Source: Cyanophyceae cyanobacterium (GTDB lineage: Bacteria > Cyanobacteriota > Cyanobacteriia > Cyanobacteriales > Laspinemataceae). From it: a stretch of 64,000 nt of DNA. Shown piece by piece: positions 60,995 through 64,000 of the stretch. Each line of letters starts with the position of its first letter. The stretch's first letter is position 1. The translations under genes were made by a program, and so were the position numbers. The stretch is taken from NCBI GenBank assembly GCA_038321985.1, contig JBBQFN010000011.1:84751-148750 (forward strand), read 5' to 3'. The notes below the pieces were generated by a model. That model did not search any database. It saw nothing but the letters and a program-made list of their open reading frames with translations, and was not told where the DNA came from.

Positions 60995-63694
60995 GTGCTT
61001 GCTAAATTTTCTCGCCAAGTCGAATCGTTGGCCTCTGCGGTTTACGAACAGATTGCCGAAATCAAACTCAAACAGGTGCATACTCCAGTCGGTTCCGTGG
61101 CGATCGCCATTGCCATTGCCGTCGGAGTGGTTCTCACGATCCGAGAAGCAGGCGGGTTCCAACCCTTAGAACTGGTTAGCTATGATTGGATGATGCAGAA
61201 TCGCCGGTATAATCCGGGACTGGATCAACGGTTATTGCTCGTAAAAATTACAGAAGCAGATATTCAAGCTCAACAAAAATGGCCGCTTTCTGATCTGGCG
61301 GTGGCCCAAGTGTTGGAAGAAATCGCCAAATTTGAACCGGCAGTGATTGGGTTGGATTTGTATCGGGATGTCCCCCAGTCCCCGGGTCATCAAGACTTGC
61401 GGCTACAACTCCAATCCTTGGATAATGTAATTGGCATTACCAAACTCGCCGATGCTCAAGAACCAGCAGTGCCACCCCCGCCACATCTCCCTCCCGATGC
61501 CATTGGATTTAATGATATTGTCAATGACCCTGATGGAGTAGCCCGCCGAAATTTACTGTTTGCTGAGAATGAATTTGGAAAAACCACTTATTCCTTTGCC
61601 TTGCGGGTGACTCTCAAATATTTGGGCGATCGCGGCATTACCTTGAAAAATAGCCCCTCTTCTGCCCAGAGCATTCTATTAGGAAAAGCCAAATTGACGC
61701 CGTTAGAGTCTCATTCGGGCGGCTATAAAACCATTGATGCAGAGGGGTATCAAATTCTACTCAATTATCGCTCACCGGGTTCAATTTCTCCTGAAGTGAG
61801 CCTTAGCCAGGTCTTAAATCGAGAAGTGGATCCCAGTTGGGTCAAAGATAAAATTGTTTTAATAGGAACTACTGCGTCCAGCGAAAAAGATTTATTTTTT
61901 ACTCCCTACGGCATCAAAACCGAAACAGAAACTTTTAAAATGCCGGGGGTGAGAGTACACGCGCAAATGGTGAGTCAACTCCTAAGTAGCGCCCTCGATG
62001 GTAAGACGATTTTATGGTTTTGGCCGAACTGGATCGAGATTTTATGGATTGCCAGTTGCGGGGTAGTTGGCGGGATTGTGGCGTGGCAGATTCAACACCC
62101 GCTCAAACTGGGGTTAGGAGTCGTCCTGGGGGTGGGAGGAATTGTGGCGGTTGGGTTTGGGATATTTCACGGGGGCGGATGGATCCCAGTTGCTGCCCCT
62201 GCGGCCACCTTTGCCGTCGCCATGAGTGGGGTAGTGGCCTCGAAATTACTTTATACTGCCTTTTATGATCACCTGACGGGACTGCCGAATCGTGTCTCCT
62301 TCATGAATCAACTGGATCGCGCCTATCGGCGATCGCAACCCAAGACTCTCCCTTTCTTCCTTAGTCGGGGAAAACTACCCCCGACTATCCCGGAAACCGA
62401 TACTTCCGCCCTTGGCCCCTGCTCTAAATTGCCCAGTTTGCCGCATTTATTGGCGGTCTTATTCCTGGATTTGGACCGATTTAAAATTATCAACGATGGA
62501 CTCGGGCATGAAATGGGGGATTTGCTGCTGATTGCGATCGCCGAACGAATCCGCACCATCATGCGCCAACAGCGGACCGATGGCATCGAAGCTGTCGCCC
62601 TCGCCCGAGTCGGAGGGGACGAATTTGCCATACTCCTCGACCATCTCTACCGTTCCGAAGATGCCATCAGCATTGCTGAATCCCTCTACCGCCAAATTGC
62701 TCGACCCTTTACCCTCAATGGTCAAGACATCTATACCACCGCCAGCATTGGCATGGCCCTAGGTCGTGCCGATGACTCGCGCAATTTATTACGGGATGCT
62801 CACACGGCAATGTATCGCGCCAAAGCATTGAGTAAAGCCCGCCCTCAAGTCTTTGAAAGCGCGATGCAAAGTAATGCCGTAGCTCGATTTAAGCTAGAAA
62901 CCGACTTACGTCGCGCCATTAGTGCAGGGGCAACCCCCATAAATGGCAAGATCCAATCCGAATTTGTTGTCTATTATCAACCCTTAATTGATTTAATATC
63001 GGGAAAAATTACCGGATTTGAAGCCCTTGTCCGTTGGCAACATCCGCAACGGGGTTTAGTCTTTCCCGGTGAATTTATCCCCGTTGCGGAAGAAACAGGG
63101 TCAATCGTGCCCTTGGGTGAATTAGTGCTAGTCATTGCCTGCTGGCAGATTTGTAAATGGCAACAAGAATTTCCCAGGAATCCACCCTTAATCGTGAGTG
63201 TGAATCTCTCGGGCAAACAGTTTGCTCAACCTAATCTAATTGAAGTAATCGAACGGACATTAGAACAAACCCATCTGGATCCGGCTTGTTTGAAGTTAGA
63301 AATAACCGAAAGTGTGGTGATGGATGAGGTGGAGTTGGCGATCGAGATGCTATCTCAAATGAAAAGGTTAAATCTGAAGCTAGGAATTGATGATTTTGGT
63401 ACAGGTTATTCATCCTTGAGTTATTTGCATCGATTTCCGACGGATACCTTAAAAGTGGATCGGTCCTTTGTCAGCCGGATGGGGGAAGGGGATCAAAATT
63501 CCGCAATTGTTAAGACAATTATTGCCCTAGCCCATAACTTAAAAATGGACGTAATTGCCGAAGGGGTGGAGACAGCGGAACAGTTGGCACAATTGCGATC
63601 GCTAGACTGTGAGTGCGGCCAAGGGTACTTTTTCGCCAAACCCCTACCCTCCGAGGCGATCGAAGCTTTATTAAAATCCGACCCCACTTGGTAA
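60995..63694 (+). CDS. CHASE2-GGDEF-EAL diguanylate cyclase/phosphodiesterase
   Basis: CHASE2 ('WPLSD', 'IGLDLYRD', 'D.DGV.RR', 'KIVLIG', 'PGV..HA'), 3 TMs, 'D.LTGLPNR', GGDEF, EAL, 'DDFGTGYSSL'. Confidence 0.93.
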   Translation: MLAKFSRQVESLASAVYEQIAEIKLKQVHTPVGSVAIAIAIAVGVVLTIREAGGFQPLELVSYDWMMQNRRYNPGLDQRLLLVKITEADIQAQQKWPLSDLAVAQVLEEIAKFEPAVIGLDLYRDVPQSPGHQDLRLQLQSLDNVIGITKLADAQEPAVPPPPHLPPDAIGFNDIVNDPDGVARRNLLFAENEFGKTTYSFALRVTLKYLGDRGITLKNSPSSAQSILLGKAKLTPLESHSGGYKTIDAEGYQILLNYRSPGSISPEVSLSQVLNREVDPSWVKDKIVLIGTTASSEKDLFFTPYGIKTETETFKMPGVRVHAQMVSQLLSSALDGKTILWFWPNWIEILWIASCGVVGGIVAWQIQHPLKLGLGVVLGVGGIVAVGFGIFHGGGWIPVAAPAATFAVAMSGVVASKLLYTAFYDHLTGLPNRVSFMNQLDRAYRRSQPKTLPFFLSRGKLPPTIPETDTSALGPCSKLPSLPHLLAVLFLDLDRFKIINDGLGHEMGDLLLIAIAERIRTIMRQQRTDGIEAVALARVGGDEFAILLDHLYRSEDAISIAESLYRQIARPFTLNGQDIYTTASIGMALGRADDSRNLLRDAHTAMYRAKALSKARPQVFESAMQSNAVARFKLETDLRRAISAGATPINGKIQSEFVVYYQPLIDLISGKITGFEALVRWQHPQRGLVFPGEFIPVAEETGSIVPLGELVLVIACWQICKWQQEFPRNPPLIVSVNLSGKQFAQPNLIEVIERTLEQTHLDPACLKLEITESVVMDEVELAIEMLSQMKRLNLKLGIDDFGTGYSSLSYLHRFPTDTLKVDRSFVSRMGEGDQNSAIVKTIIALAHNLKMDVIAEGVETAEQLAQLRSLDCECGQGYFFAKPLPSEAIEALLKSDPTW

Positions 63695-63715
63695 TCATAT
63701 CCATCCCCACATTTC

Positions 63716-63759
63716 CCCCAGTTTGTAGTAACGACTTCAGTCGTTACTACAAACTGGGG
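63716..63759. repeat. Perfect REP-like hairpin
   Basis: CCCCAGTTTGTAGTAACGAC-ttca-GTCGTTACTACAAACTGGGG, 20-bp stem. Confidence 0.75.
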
Positions 63760-63881
63760 AGAACGACTGGGGGTGAACACCTAGAACCCCAAGGGCGATC
63801 GCAAAAGGACAGACAAGGGGGGATAAACAATGGCACAATGAGAAACGCCATCCAAAAACAGATAGAAATATAGGTAAAGTC

Positions 63882-64000
63882 GTGAGTCCGATTGCCCAAG
63901 CTATTCCAACTCAACCCGCGATCGCGCGGCGTGCTGTGTTTCCCTTTACTGCTATTGTGGGGCAGGAAGAAATGAAACTGGCATTGCTGCTAAATGTCAT
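63882..64000 (+). CDS. chlI: Magnesium chelatase ATPase subunit I (5' end, runs off window)
   Basis: GTG start; reads MSPIAQAIPTQPAIARRAVFPFTAIVGQEEMKLALLLNV; not in ORF track because truncated. Confidence 0.88.
   Translation, partial: MSPIAQAIPTQPAIARRAVFPFTAIVGQEEMKLALLLNV

Noticed and set aside
2949..63873. Numerous 60-150 aa ORFs overlapping or antisense to the called genes
   Set aside because: Shadow ORFs of well-supported CDSs with no independent motifs

Overview
A 64-kb chromosomal window from a filamentous cyanobacterium. Evidence: very frequent HIP1 octamers (GCGATCGC), sigF, pilMNOQ without pilP, chlI, and REP/STRR-type repeats. An Oscillatoriales affiliation is my inference. The first ~21.5 kb is an accessory cell-surface locus. 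It contains a Wzx/Wzy-type exopolysaccharide cluster (GumC-like co-polymerase, two O-antigen-ligase/Wzy paralogs, GT4, two GT2, an APH-like kinase, flippase), three secreted glycoside hydrolases (two GH5, one GH74-like), a tandem array of four PEP-CTERM proteins plus a collapsed fifth copy, and a WecB/TagA (GT26) transferase fused to tandem MshEN-like motifs. The PEP-CTERM proteins have a conserved framework and variable loops and are separated by repeated hairpin spacers. Next come an orphan HepT/DUF86 toxin and a short chemoreceptor. The rest is mostly core genes: yciH, trpB, rnd, sigF, frameshifted prfB, ybeY, dgkA, trpG, ABC genes, folC, pilMNOQ, hup, cobD, mfd, cobH, dapB, a CHASE2-GGDEF-EAL gene and the start of chlI. 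I recognised no tRNA, rRNA, CRISPR array or transposase. All calls come from reading motifs by eye; no database searches were run.
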